A stretch of DNA of 64,000 nt from Candidatus Poribacteria bacterium (GTDB taxonomy: Bacteria > Poribacteria > WGA-4E > WGA-3G). Position 1 is the stretch's first letter, and every line of letters begins with the position of its first letter. Under the pieces are notes generated by a model. The model made no database searches. It was not told the DNA's origin and saw nothing but the letters and a program-made list of their open reading frames with translations. Below are positions 19,557-28,382 of the stretch, one piece after another. The stretch lies in assembly GCA_965198235.1 (NCBI GenBank), contig OZ240248.1, forward strand, positions 640,001-704,000. The letters run 5' to 3'. The translations under genes and the position numbers were made by a program.

Positions 19557-19849
19557 TATTGTGTATCCTCCGTCGCATAAACTGTTATGATTCGCAATTC
19601 GCCCGAATCCAAAATTCGGCAAATCACGTTGATTTCCCTTCCATCGCGAGCAGGTCCCCGGAGCCTATAACGGATACCTCTCCGGTCGTGCGTGAATCTT
19701 TGAATTATCTGACCTCTCCGAATCGCGTGCTTTACATCAACCGTTGATAGTGCATCCCTTCGCATCTCATCCAAGGCATGTTCAGTTACTTGATACAAAT
19801 TCCTAACGACTTTCTGCTGGATCGATTGAAGAATTCTACTCCTTCTCAC
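19556..19849 (-). CDS. DUF4258 (RelE-fold toxin-like) protein
   Basis: T.HA.DEM, G.II.R and LRIITVY motifs; paired with the YgiT finger gene. Confidence 0.82.
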   Translation of the reverse strand: MRRSRILQSIQQKVVRNLYQVTEHALDEMRRDALSTVDVKHAIRRGQIIQRFTHDRRGIRYRLRGPARDGREINVICRILDSGELRIITVYATEDTQ

Positions 19850-19930
19850 GTCTGTCCCTGTAGGTGCGAATCTTAGGATCCGAATTGCGGCGTATGTCTG
19901 CTAACGAACGAAAACCCTATGTGAAAAGAA

Positions 19931-19959
19931 AGTATATCACGAATTCCCCCGAAAGTCAA
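19931..19959 (-). promoter_or_regulatory. sigma70-like promoter of the DUF4258/YgiT pair
   Basis: TTGACT-17 bp-TATACT. Confidence 0.6.
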
Positions 19960-20225
19960 ACAATTCTCAATACTCCGCAGGGTCATTCAGTTTTAAGAAA
20001 ATATCGGATTTCCCGCCTTTTTCTGATGATCCGGCACCCTTTCCGAGTATCTCTTTCCAGTAACGGGCGGGGACCCCCGGCTAGAAACCGCACCGATTTA
20101 GAGTGTATAGGTAATTCTAAAATCTACCATAAATCGCCTAATAATCCCAAGCATTGGCAAACCACTTTTGTGATAAGCAAGAGGTGAAGTATACGTGGAC
20201 AATTCATTATCGAACAGCAATCATT

Positions 20226-20450
20226 ATCGGGTTTGTTGTCTCCAGTGATTGGGGCATGCGGTATTTGTGGAGTTGCATGCTGGTGAGTTCGATTATCAAG
20301 TGGGCAGTCTTGAAGATTAGTGGACCGCGAGCGTCGCAGCAGTTGGTAATGTTCGCGATTGGGCTGATGTTAGGTGATTTCACTATCGGTGGTATTTGGA
20401 GCCTTGTTAGCGTTGTGACACAACAGCCGATGTATAATTTTTGGCCCTAA
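20226..20450 (+). pseudogene. orphan 3' fragment (74 codons) of the DUF6785-like gene
   Basis: Near-identical to the C-terminus of 17359-19290; no matching 5' part. Confidence 0.8.
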
Positions 20451-20568
20451 GGCAAAAACCACCTTATGAATCCCTCAGGTAATTGTTGGTGTAGTGTAGA
20501 AATTCCACCTCTTTTTTGTTGCACGCCAAACCGTTTCGTGCTATTCTATTCTCTAAGGAGATTGCGAT

Positions 20569-21447
20569 ATGCATCGACCCACAGACACCCATCGCACAAC
20601 GAAAGATTTATCGCCTGAAGCGTTAGCACGATATCACCTCCAAAATCGGAAAGAAGATGGAATGTTGCTGCAACGCGCATGGCACACCGTGCACCAGATT
20701 GCAGCAATGCTCTATGAAGACTTTGATGCAACACAGGTCGCTGTCTTTGGATCGCTTGCCGAACCAGATGCATTCTCAAAATGGTCGGATATCGATATCG
20801 CTGTTTGGGGCATCCCGTCTAAGAAATACTTCCGTGCGGTATGGAAAGCCGAAGAGATTAGTGGGTTGTTCAAAATAGATTTGGTTGATTTCGAGAGTTC
20901 TAAAGGATTGTTTCGCGAGAGGATTCAGCGTCAATTGATTCCTATCGAAAAAGGAGTAATCTACAAAGTGGACAGAAGCGCGCTCATCCAGCGTATCTCT
21001 GATGAACGAAACAAAATAGAGGGAACTATAGGAAAAATCACGGAAAGGTTAGAAAAAATTAAAACAGCTCCTATTGAATACAGAGAGGAGATAGAAACGA
21101 CGATTGCCAAAAATCTCGTTGATTGTTACAGGGGTATGGAGAACATTTTTAGACGGATTGCCCTCGATGTTGACTTACGCATACCTGATGGAAGTATGTG
21201 GCATAAGGAATTGCTGGTGCAGATGGTAGAACCGAGAGCTGAACGACAACCTGTGATTTCCCAAGAAACTTTTGAACTCTTACAAGAACTCTTGGAATTT
21301 CGCCACGTTTTCAATAATATTTATGGAGAAGAATTGGTTTACGAAAAAACAGAGGAAAACGCAAAGCAGATCAGCGAGTTGTTTAACAGTCTTTCTGAAG
21401 AACTGGAAGCGTTTATCGCTGACTTAGAGAAACAAGATAATGACTGA
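20569..21447 (+). CDS. fused MNT nucleotidyltransferase + HEPN protein (paralog 2)
   Basis: FGSLAEPDAFSKWSDID; WHKELL; FRHVFNNIY; AAGGAG RBS. Confidence 0.82.
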   Translation: MHRPTDTHRTTKDLSPEALARYHLQNRKEDGMLLQRAWHTVHQIAAMLYEDFDATQVAVFGSLAEPDAFSKWSDIDIAVWGIPSKKYFRAVWKAEEISGLFKIDLVDFESSKGLFRERIQRQLIPIEKGVIYKVDRSALIQRISDERNKIEGTIGKITERLEKIKTAPIEYREEIETTIAKNLVDCYRGMENIFRRIALDVDLRIPDGSMWHKELLVQMVEPRAERQPVISQETFELLQELLEFRHVFNNIYGEELVYEKTEENAKQISELFNSLSEELEAFIADLEKQDND

Positions 21448-22597
21448 ACAAACCCTACTCCAACAAATTACAGATTTCTGCCGCTTGCTCCGGCAGATGG
21501 GCATCAATGTGACGACAACCAACCAGCTGAGTTGGTGTGAAAGCGTTCAATTGATCGACATCGGTGAGCGGGAGGCGTTTTACCACACAGCGCGTACGAA
21601 TCTCATCGCTGGGGAAGCCGATCGAGAGACGTTTGACACCGCCTTTAATCTGTTTTGGCGATACCCGCGCCCCGAATTCCAAACTGTAGATACGGAGGAG
21701 GAGACCCCAGAACCATCCAGTCTCCAAGAACTTTCCGATGCCAGTGATGAACAAGACATCATGGAGCAGTGGTTAGATACCGAGGCGGAGGATAGTGAAG
21801 AAGGACAGGAAGACGATCCTATCGCTTACAGTGCTGAGGATCTCCTGACTCGGAAGGATTTTAGCGAGTTCACAAGGGAGGATATGGAGAAAGCGAGGGA
21901 CATTGTCGCGAAATTGGCGGCAGTGTTGGCAACGAAACTCAGTCGCCGAAAGGTTGTCGGCAAAAAGGGGAAAATTATCGATTTCCGACGAAGTTGGCGA
22001 CAAAGTCTCGCACATGGTGGCGAACCTCTTGAATTAATTCGGAAACAGCAGAAAATCAAGAAAACCAAGATTCTGCTTCTCTGTGATGTGAGCGGTTCGA
22101 TGGACTGTTACGCCAAGTTTCTCATCCAATTCATCTACGGTATGCAGCAGGAGTTGAGAGAAGTGGAGGTCGCAGTCTTTAGCACACACCTGACAAACAT
22201 CACAGGCCTCCTCCGACGAAAAGGGTTAGCAGAAGGTTTGAATGAAGTCGCGAATGTCGTGCCGGACTGGTCAGGTGGAACGAAGATTGGCGAAAGTCTG
22301 CTGGAATTCTATCGGCAGTTTGCTCCCGCTTTCTCGGCATATCGTTCAGTCGTTATTCTCATCAGCGATGGCTGGGATCGAGGCGATGCAGACGTGTTGC
22401 GCCGTTCTATGGAGATGCTCCATCGGCATGCCTACCGTTTAATCTGGCTCAATCCGTTGCTCGGTAGTGACGGCTATCAGCCGATTTGCCGAGGCATCCG
22501 TACAGCGTTGCCGTATGTGGACTACTTCCTACCAGCGCACAATTTAGAGAGTTTAGCACAATTGACAAGGGTATTGATTCCGCTCTGGGCACGATAA
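21440..22597 (+). CDS. VWA domain CoxE-like protein
   Basis: DVSGSM MIDAS; WSGGTKIG; SDGWD; WLNPL. Confidence 0.88.
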   Translation: MTEQTLLQQITDFCRLLRQMGINVTTTNQLSWCESVQLIDIGEREAFYHTARTNLIAGEADRETFDTAFNLFWRYPRPEFQTVDTEEETPEPSSLQELSDASDEQDIMEQWLDTEAEDSEEGQEDDPIAYSAEDLLTRKDFSEFTREDMEKARDIVAKLAAVLATKLSRRKVVGKKGKIIDFRRSWRQSLAHGGEPLELIRKQQKIKKTKILLLCDVSGSMDCYAKFLIQFIYGMQQELREVEVAVFSTHLTNITGLLRRKGLAEGLNEVANVVPDWSGGTKIGESLLEFYRQFAPAFSAYRSVVILISDGWDRGDADVLRRSMEMLHRHAYRLIWLNPLLGSDGYQPICRGIRTALPYVDYFLPAHNLESLAQLTRVLIPLWAR

Positions 22598-22640
22598 ATG
22601 GTGTCTATAAAGTAAAAAAATAAGATAAGGAACCTTAACT

Positions 22641-23765
22641 ATGCAAGTTCAGGCGGCGGTGATGCTCCAACCGGGGCAGATAGAGATCCGCGAATTTGAG
22701 AAACCGACACCCGCAGATGACGCACTCCTCTTACAGGTGGACAGAGTCGGCATTTGTGGAAGTGATAAACACATGTACCTTGGGCACACTGCCCTAAAAT
22801 TTCCGGTCATCCCAGGACATGAAGTCGTTGGTACGGTCGCTGAGATCGGCAAAAATGCGAATCAGGTTATGAATGTAATGGGGGGTCCCATCAAAGCCGG
22901 GGACCGCGTGACTGTGGTGCCTGGTTCAAAGAACTGTGGCAGATGCTATTATTGCCTGCACGTGCCGGGTCGTCCAACCTTGTGTTCTGGACGAACTATC
23001 TATGGGTTTAGCAACAGCGAAACACCACCGTATCTGAATGGCGAATTCGCTGAGTATACCTACATTCATGGTAATTCCTGGGTTTATAAGATGCCAGAAA
23101 GCGTACCTGAGGTAGTTCGCGTATTGACGGAGCCGGTAGCAGTAGCAACGCGCGCCGTTGAACGCGCGTGTGCCCCCGGTCTACCACAGGTCGGAGATGG
23201 ATACAGCATCGGGAATCGGGTTGCAGTCCTCGGATGTGGGCCGATTGGCCTCCTCGTTGTTGCTGTGCTACGGGATAGCGGTGCTGGTACTATCATCGCC
23301 ACTGACCTTGTTGACAGTCGATTAGAGATGGCGAAGCAGATGGGAGCGGATGTGGTCATCAATGTCGGGGATACAACACCTGAAGAACGGGTCGAGCAGA
23401 TTCAGGAGCTCACAAACGGTGTCGGTGTGGACATCGCCATTGAATGTGCAGGCATACCAGCGGTTTTCTCCGAAGCATTGGATGTAGTGAGACGAGGCGG
23501 AAAGGTCATCGAAGTTGGACATTACACTGATTCTGGAGATATCCGGGTCCGACCCCACCAGATTTGCAACAAAGACTTAGATGTTTGCGGTGTATGGGCA
23601 TATCCACAGATTCAGTTTCAAACAGCGTTGGATTTCCTCCAGATAACGCGCGCCCCACTGCATGAATTGATAACGCATCACCTACCGTTGCACCAATTGG
23701 AAAAAGGCATTGATATGCTCGGGCAAGAAGGAGTTTACAAGGTTGTGATTGAACCGCAGTTGTAA
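22641..23765 (+). CDS. zinc-dependent medium-chain alcohol/polyol dehydrogenase
   Basis: GICGSD, GHE, CGRCYYC...C and GCGPIG motifs. Confidence 0.92.
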   Translation: MQVQAAVMLQPGQIEIREFEKPTPADDALLLQVDRVGICGSDKHMYLGHTALKFPVIPGHEVVGTVAEIGKNANQVMNVMGGPIKAGDRVTVVPGSKNCGRCYYCLHVPGRPTLCSGRTIYGFSNSETPPYLNGEFAEYTYIHGNSWVYKMPESVPEVVRVLTEPVAVATRAVERACAPGLPQVGDGYSIGNRVAVLGCGPIGLLVVAVLRDSGAGTIIATDLVDSRLEMAKQMGADVVINVGDTTPEERVEQIQELTNGVGVDIAIECAGIPAVFSEALDVVRRGGKVIEVGHYTDSGDIRVRPHQICNKDLDVCGVWAYPQIQFQTALDFLQITRAPLHELITHHLPLHQLEKGIDMLGQEGVYKVVIEPQL

Positions 23766-23833
23766 TAGTAAAAGTGTTTATAGCCGCGCATTTCGCGCTC
23801 TGAAGTTGGCAACCAAAACCGTGAGTGAGAAAG

Positions 23834-24832
23834 ATGAAAAATTACAGAAACGTCCTCATCTTGATATGTTGTTATCTGCTGTTGAACTTCTTGATTGGCA
23901 TTAAAGACGGATCTGCCGCGGATAACGAAGGTCTCCCTTCCGATGAAGTGCCAATAGAGGGACCACCTCTCTACAAAACCATAGAGGATGCGAAAACCTA
24001 CATCGCGCAGCACCAGAACAAAGATGGCGGCTGGCCCCTAATCCCTGGTGGAGATAGCAATGTGGAGAGCACTGCCTTCGCGGTTTGGGCATTGATCGAT
24101 GCGGGCTGGGGCACCGGATCACAGGTAATCCGAACGGGGGTTATGTATCTCAGAAATACGCAGTGGGATAACGGGAGTTGGAACAACAACACCGCACATA
24201 CCACTTTCGCACTTGTTGCCTTCGCAGCAGCGGAGACCGATCCCGAAGTCCGTTTTAAAGGGCTCCGTTGGTTAAAAAAAGCACAGAATCGTAGTGGCGG
24301 ATGGGGGAAAAAAGAACGGAGTCCTGACAACGTTCTTTACACTGCCGCTGTATTAGCTGGACTCAGGAGGCTCGGCTTTAAACGAAACTTTGAACCGATC
24401 TCTAAAGGCGCAGATTGGCTGGCAGAAGGCATTAATTTCGATGGCGGCTGGGCATTAGAACGTGGAGGCAGATCTGACGTTTTCATAACGTCTTGGGTGG
24501 TCCAAGGCTTGGAGACTGTTTACGATATCGATGTTCAAATTGCATGGCTAAAACAGTTCCAGAATAATGATGGTGGATTCGGGAGATATAAGGGCAGTCC
24601 AAGCGATCCAGAAATCACAGCGATTGCGATTATGGCACTCGCCGCTGGAAATGATCCACTCAACACCCGTCGAGTTGCTATCAACTATTTAACAAATGTC
24701 CGGCGGGAAGATGGCAGTTTCGCAAGTAATACACCGATTGAACTGTCGCAACCGACTGCCAATTTACAGTCAACCTCTTTCGTGCTTATCGCTATCCATG
24801 CCAAAACGGCAGATGAACTTAATTTACAGTGA
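23834..24832 (+). CDS. secreted prenyltransferase/squalene-oxidase repeat (alpha-alpha toroid) protein
   Basis: Signal-peptide-like N-terminus; repeated Q.xDGGW/F QW motifs; start uncertain. Confidence 0.8.
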   Translation: MKNYRNVLILICCYLLLNFLIGIKDGSAADNEGLPSDEVPIEGPPLYKTIEDAKTYIAQHQNKDGGWPLIPGGDSNVESTAFAVWALIDAGWGTGSQVIRTGVMYLRNTQWDNGSWNNNTAHTTFALVAFAAAETDPEVRFKGLRWLKKAQNRSGGWGKKERSPDNVLYTAAVLAGLRRLGFKRNFEPISKGADWLAEGINFDGGWALERGGRSDVFITSWVVQGLETVYDIDVQIAWLKQFQNNDGGFGRYKGSPSDPEITAIAIMALAAGNDPLNTRRVAINYLTNVRREDGSFASNTPIELSQPTANLQSTSFVLIAIHAKTADELNLQ

Positions 24833-24866
24833 TGGACAAATCACTAAGGACAGGGAAATAGTACAT

Positions 24867-26303
24867 CTATCTCCGTTCATCAGCGATAGTGGATCCCGGC
24901 ATGATATAGTGTTCGCCTTTGGTTAACTGGGCGACTTGACGTTGAAAATTATCACCGATAGAACTACTTCGCATAGAGGTAACCCCGCCGATGACATAAA
25001 CCCGAGCAAGCACGCCTCGACACACAGAAATTGCTCTGCCTGCGGTATATCCTTTCTCTGGTCGTTTGCTTGTTGCTTCATCTGTGACGATGATGAGGAC
25101 GAGGTCGCGCTCTTCTTTGGTCCGAAGTTTCGGCACCCCTTCAATGATGGCATCCAACAGGTGTTCATCGCCGATTTTGGGGAGGCGAAATAGCGATTTC
25201 ACCTGTTCTGGTTCCAAGGGTGGTTTGGTTACAACAATAGTGCTTTCGCCCCCGCCGACCGCCGCCCAAAACCGGATAATCCCAAATCGATAGTCGAGTC
25301 CCGCCGCCTTGAACACCGAAACCATAAGGTCCAAACCATCGCAAGCGGGATCCGTTTTGGTTTCCATACTCAAACTGTAATCGAAAACGAACACAATATC
25401 TACTTTGCCGGGGTTACTCTCAACCAAATTCTCAGCAATACGTTTAAACAAGCCGTCAATCCTGAGTAGTGCTTTATCGGCAATCGTCCCACCGCTCTGA
25501 ATGCGCTGCCCATCCATCCGCCGCTGGTTTGAATCAATGGGGTACCACACACCGTTGGTTTCATCAGTAAGTTCCGCTTGAACCTTTTCGCTAATGCCGA
25601 TGAAGTTGAGTTGGACGCTGTTTTTTCGACAAAGATCAATAATCTGTCCGCTAATTTTACTTTTCGCCTTCGCTTCTGTCCATGAGGTGCGCATCCGAGA
25701 GTTGGTTACCACGACGAACTGCGTTATAACTTCCTCTCGGAATTCCAACTCGTTCAAGCCTTTTATTACAGCGTCGAGTCCATATCCAGATTCAATGTTG
25801 TTTCCGGATTCGACCCGCATATCCCGGAAAGCATTTTCAATGCTGAGATAGTCAAATGTCCATTGATGAAAATTGACGCGTGGTTCTCCGTACACCGAGT
25901 GAAAACTCACCAGCGCGAATCTATAGTCCATCGTCTTCGTCTCTATAACGGTGAGCATGTCGACGAGCCTCTTTTCAAGGTCGGCGAGATGTTCTAACAT
26001 CTGTCTGCTACCGTCAACGACGAATACTACATCCACTTTTGGGTGGCGCAAGCCTATAGAGGCTTGCGGGACAATGTGTTGCGTTGCGCGTTTTGCGATG
26101 TCCTTGAGGCTTGCACCTATATCCGCCTTGAGGGTCTTTTCCTTCTTCGCCCCCGGATCTACCATGACCCTGTGTTTCCGTCGAGGCGGGCGAACCTGTG
26201 CTGATGCTTGCAATGTGCACACCAACAGACTCGCTGCAAGCAAGCAGCATATCCAGCCCTTTTGGTGCGGCTTGCAAACCAAAATTTGCTTAACAAAATT
26301 CAT
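24867..26303 (-). CDS. secreted tandem VWA-domain protein
   Basis: Two VDxVFV.DxSxxM MIDAS-like domains (DGSRQM, DYSLSM); N-terminal signal. Confidence 0.75.
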   Translation of the reverse strand: MNFVKQILVCKPHQKGWICCLLAASLLVCTLQASAQVRPPRRKHRVMVDPGAKKEKTLKADIGASLKDIAKRATQHIVPQASIGLRHPKVDVVFVVDGSRQMLEHLADLEKRLVDMLTVIETKTMDYRFALVSFHSVYGEPRVNFHQWTFDYLSIENAFRDMRVESGNNIESGYGLDAVIKGLNELEFREEVITQFVVVTNSRMRTSWTEAKAKSKISGQIIDLCRKNSVQLNFIGISEKVQAELTDETNGVWYPIDSNQRRMDGQRIQSGGTIADKALLRIDGLFKRIAENLVESNPGKVDIVFVFDYSLSMETKTDPACDGLDLMVSVFKAAGLDYRFGIIRFWAAVGGGESTIVVTKPPLEPEQVKSLFRLPKIGDEHLLDAIIEGVPKLRTKEERDLVLIIVTDEATSKRPEKGYTAGRAISVCRGVLARVYVIGGVTSMRSSSIGDNFQRQVAQLTKGEHYIMPGSTIADERR

Positions 26304-26347
26304 GTCATCTCCGATTAAAATTCAACCAAAAGCTGCGGCACTCGCAG

Positions 26348-27325
26348 CTAATATGTGTCCAAGTCAATCTCCTCCTCGCTAAACCGGAGGTGTGCTTGAT
26401 TGACTAATTCAACAATACCGTCCCACTGCTCGCGCGTTACGTCAGAAATCCCTTCCTTCTCAAGTGCTTCAGCGAATTTAAGGAGGGTTTCGCTAAACTT
26501 GTCTTGCAGGTAGACATACTCCTCGGTCTGATCCGCGTTCTTGGGTGGCTCGAAGTTTGAAATGCTTTTCGCATATTTAGCGAGGCGTTTCACCGCTTCA
26601 ATGGCTTTCTCCATGCTCTCTTTTTCATCAAAGTAGTCGACGAGAATAAAATAGTCATCTATCATCAACGCCATAAGTGCTTTGAGATCATCAACTTCAG
26701 GCATATCTGTCTCTGGAATATCAGGCTCCGGTGCTTTTTCGGCATCAGAGTTTGGCTCCTGTTTCCGAAAGAGGGCATAACTCATTACCAACGTCTTTTT
26801 CGGAATTAGAGCGACCGCTTTTGAAGCATCTTCATGCCCGTTGACAGCTTCAACGTCCACTCCCACCTTGAAAGCATCGTCTATGCCCATACCAATAAAC
26901 TGCTTGAGAAATCTATCTCCCGCAATCGCGTCTGATTCCTTATGTTCATAGATTTCTACTTTTACGACTTTCCCTCTCATGTTCAGTCCAACGGCACCTT
27001 TAATAACGCTGACCGGTCCATCTGCATCGGTAAACAACACCAAGCCCATAGGCTTCTTTTTGTCGCTGATCGGAATGTAGAAAACAGGTTTCAGATCTCC
27101 CGACCGAAGCTTAACACCGAGTCCCTTCTCAATAGAAACTATCCTATCTGGAGCGAGGACAGGATTTCGTCGAACAAATTTCTTGGCTTTTGGGAAGATA
27201 GCCGCCAGTTTTTGACCGGACGACTCTGTTTCACGTGCGTTGCTGAGTAGTGGTGTGCCCAGTATGAAAAAAATAAATACTAACAGAATACCTGTTCGAG
27301 GATGCCGATAGACTTGGGAAAACAT
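26348..27325 (-). CDS. periplasmic FMN-binding-like domain + cytochrome b562-like four-helix bundle
   Basis: Signal peptide; G.V..V.I..H.ES...FLKQF.G FMN_bind-like segment; C-terminal DDLKALM...PPK...VNQAHLRF. Confidence 0.65.
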   Translation of the reverse strand: MFSQVYRHPRTGILLVFIFFILGTPLLSNARETESSGQKLAAIFPKAKKFVRRNPVLAPDRIVSIEKGLGVKLRSGDLKPVFYIPISDKKKPMGLVLFTDADGPVSVIKGAVGLNMRGKVVKVEIYEHKESDAIAGDRFLKQFIGMGIDDAFKVGVDVEAVNGHEDASKAVALIPKKTLVMSYALFRKQEPNSDAEKAPEPDIPETDMPEVDDLKALMALMIDDYFILVDYFDEKESMEKAIEAVKRLAKYAKSISNFEPPKNADQTEEYVYLQDKFSETLLKFAEALEKEGISDVTREQWDGIVELVNQAHLRFSEEEIDLDTY

Positions 27326-27564
27326 TACAATCTCCTTATTTCTAACTATGGGAATCTGGGCGTTGTTCCACTACGTTTCACAACGGTGTCTGGTTAATTC
27401 CAACGCGACCGAGGATTTGAACGTTTTTTTAAGAGTCTTTCTTCACGCCATAAGTTTACCAGAAATCCTTTTCTTTCCAAAGACTTTTACTGTAGGTCGT
27501 CCGTTTATTTTTAAGGACTCGATCAAAAAATCAAGACAACCTCGTGTCAACTTAACCCCTTCAC

Positions 27565-28179
27565 CTATAACCCTAAGATTTCTAAACGGAAGGTAACGCT
27601 ATGGCGGTTTAACCACAACACTTCAACGTCCGATCTGGCAGGCACGCTCACCTTTGGTCTTAAAAAACTGAACTGATAGCCAAATGATCCATTCAACTGA
27701 GCCACCTCAAAGATACTGTCAATCAGTCTTACGTTGAGCCCAGTAGACGCTTCCGCACCAAAAGTATTTTGAATATTCGCTGGCGTAGCGAATTGTTCAG
27801 TAAAGGCATAAAAATTTGATCCGAATCCAATAAATGGTGCCCATTTCCCACGTCCACTTAGTGTCAGCATCATGCCAACAGTCTCAACATTCAACATCCC
27901 GAAGGGCAAGACATCTGCGTTTCCTCCGCGAGTATCCACAACGTAACTACTGAATGGAACTGAGAACCGAAGTGCAGGTGTTAATTGAAATCCGATAGAG
28001 AATTCTTCGGTGCGTGCGATTTCCAGTTCGTCGTTGGTGACCGTTAATCCGCGACCAATACTTACGGTCGCCCCTTTGGCAACATGCAAGTATTTTTCAA
28101 GTTCAAGGGCAGTGCCGACAGTTGGGAATCCTATAAGACCAACGAGTATACAGATGCTGAATGCAGTCAGAAGTTTCAT
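27565..28179 (-). CDS. OmpW/OmpA-like small outer-membrane beta-barrel protein
   Basis: Signal peptide; alternating amphipathic strands; APFIGFG and FG...STGL motifs. Confidence 0.6.
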   Translation of the reverse strand: MKLLTAFSICILVGLIGFPTVGTALELEKYLHVAKGATVSIGRGLTVTNDELEIARTEEFSIGFQLTPALRFSVPFSSYVVDTRGGNADVLPFGMLNVETVGMMLTLSGRGKWAPFIGFGSNFYAFTEQFATPANIQNTFGAEASTGLNVRLIDSIFEVAQLNGSFGYQFSFLRPKVSVPARSDVEVLWLNRHSVTFRLEILGL

Positions 28180-28382
28180 GATTCCTCCAATTTGATTTCT
28201 CAGTGACAGACTTGGGAACGGGTTTCACCTGCATAGTTGTCAAGTCTCAAACCACGATTGAAAAACCAAAATTACAGATAGTGCTTGAATCCAGCGGATT
28301 CAGAAAAACGTTAGGATTGGAAAACGAATGGTTTGATCCGAACCTACAATTGTTGAAAAAAAGCAACCCTTATATATCTCTT

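Larger units (their letters stand above)
19066..20450 (+). repeat. 225-bp direct repeat pair (19066-19290 and 20226-20450) flanking a TA module
   Basis: Hand alignment gives 17 mismatches in 225 nt with no indels. Confidence 0.9.

Noticed and set aside
19066-20450. Diversity-generating retroelement TR/VR pair
   Set aside because: Mismatches are mostly third-position synonymous and not adenine-specific; no reverse transcriptase in the window
23834-24832. Squalene-hopene or oxidosqualene cyclase
   Set aside because: About half the expected length, has a signal peptide and lacks the DXDD/DCTAE motif
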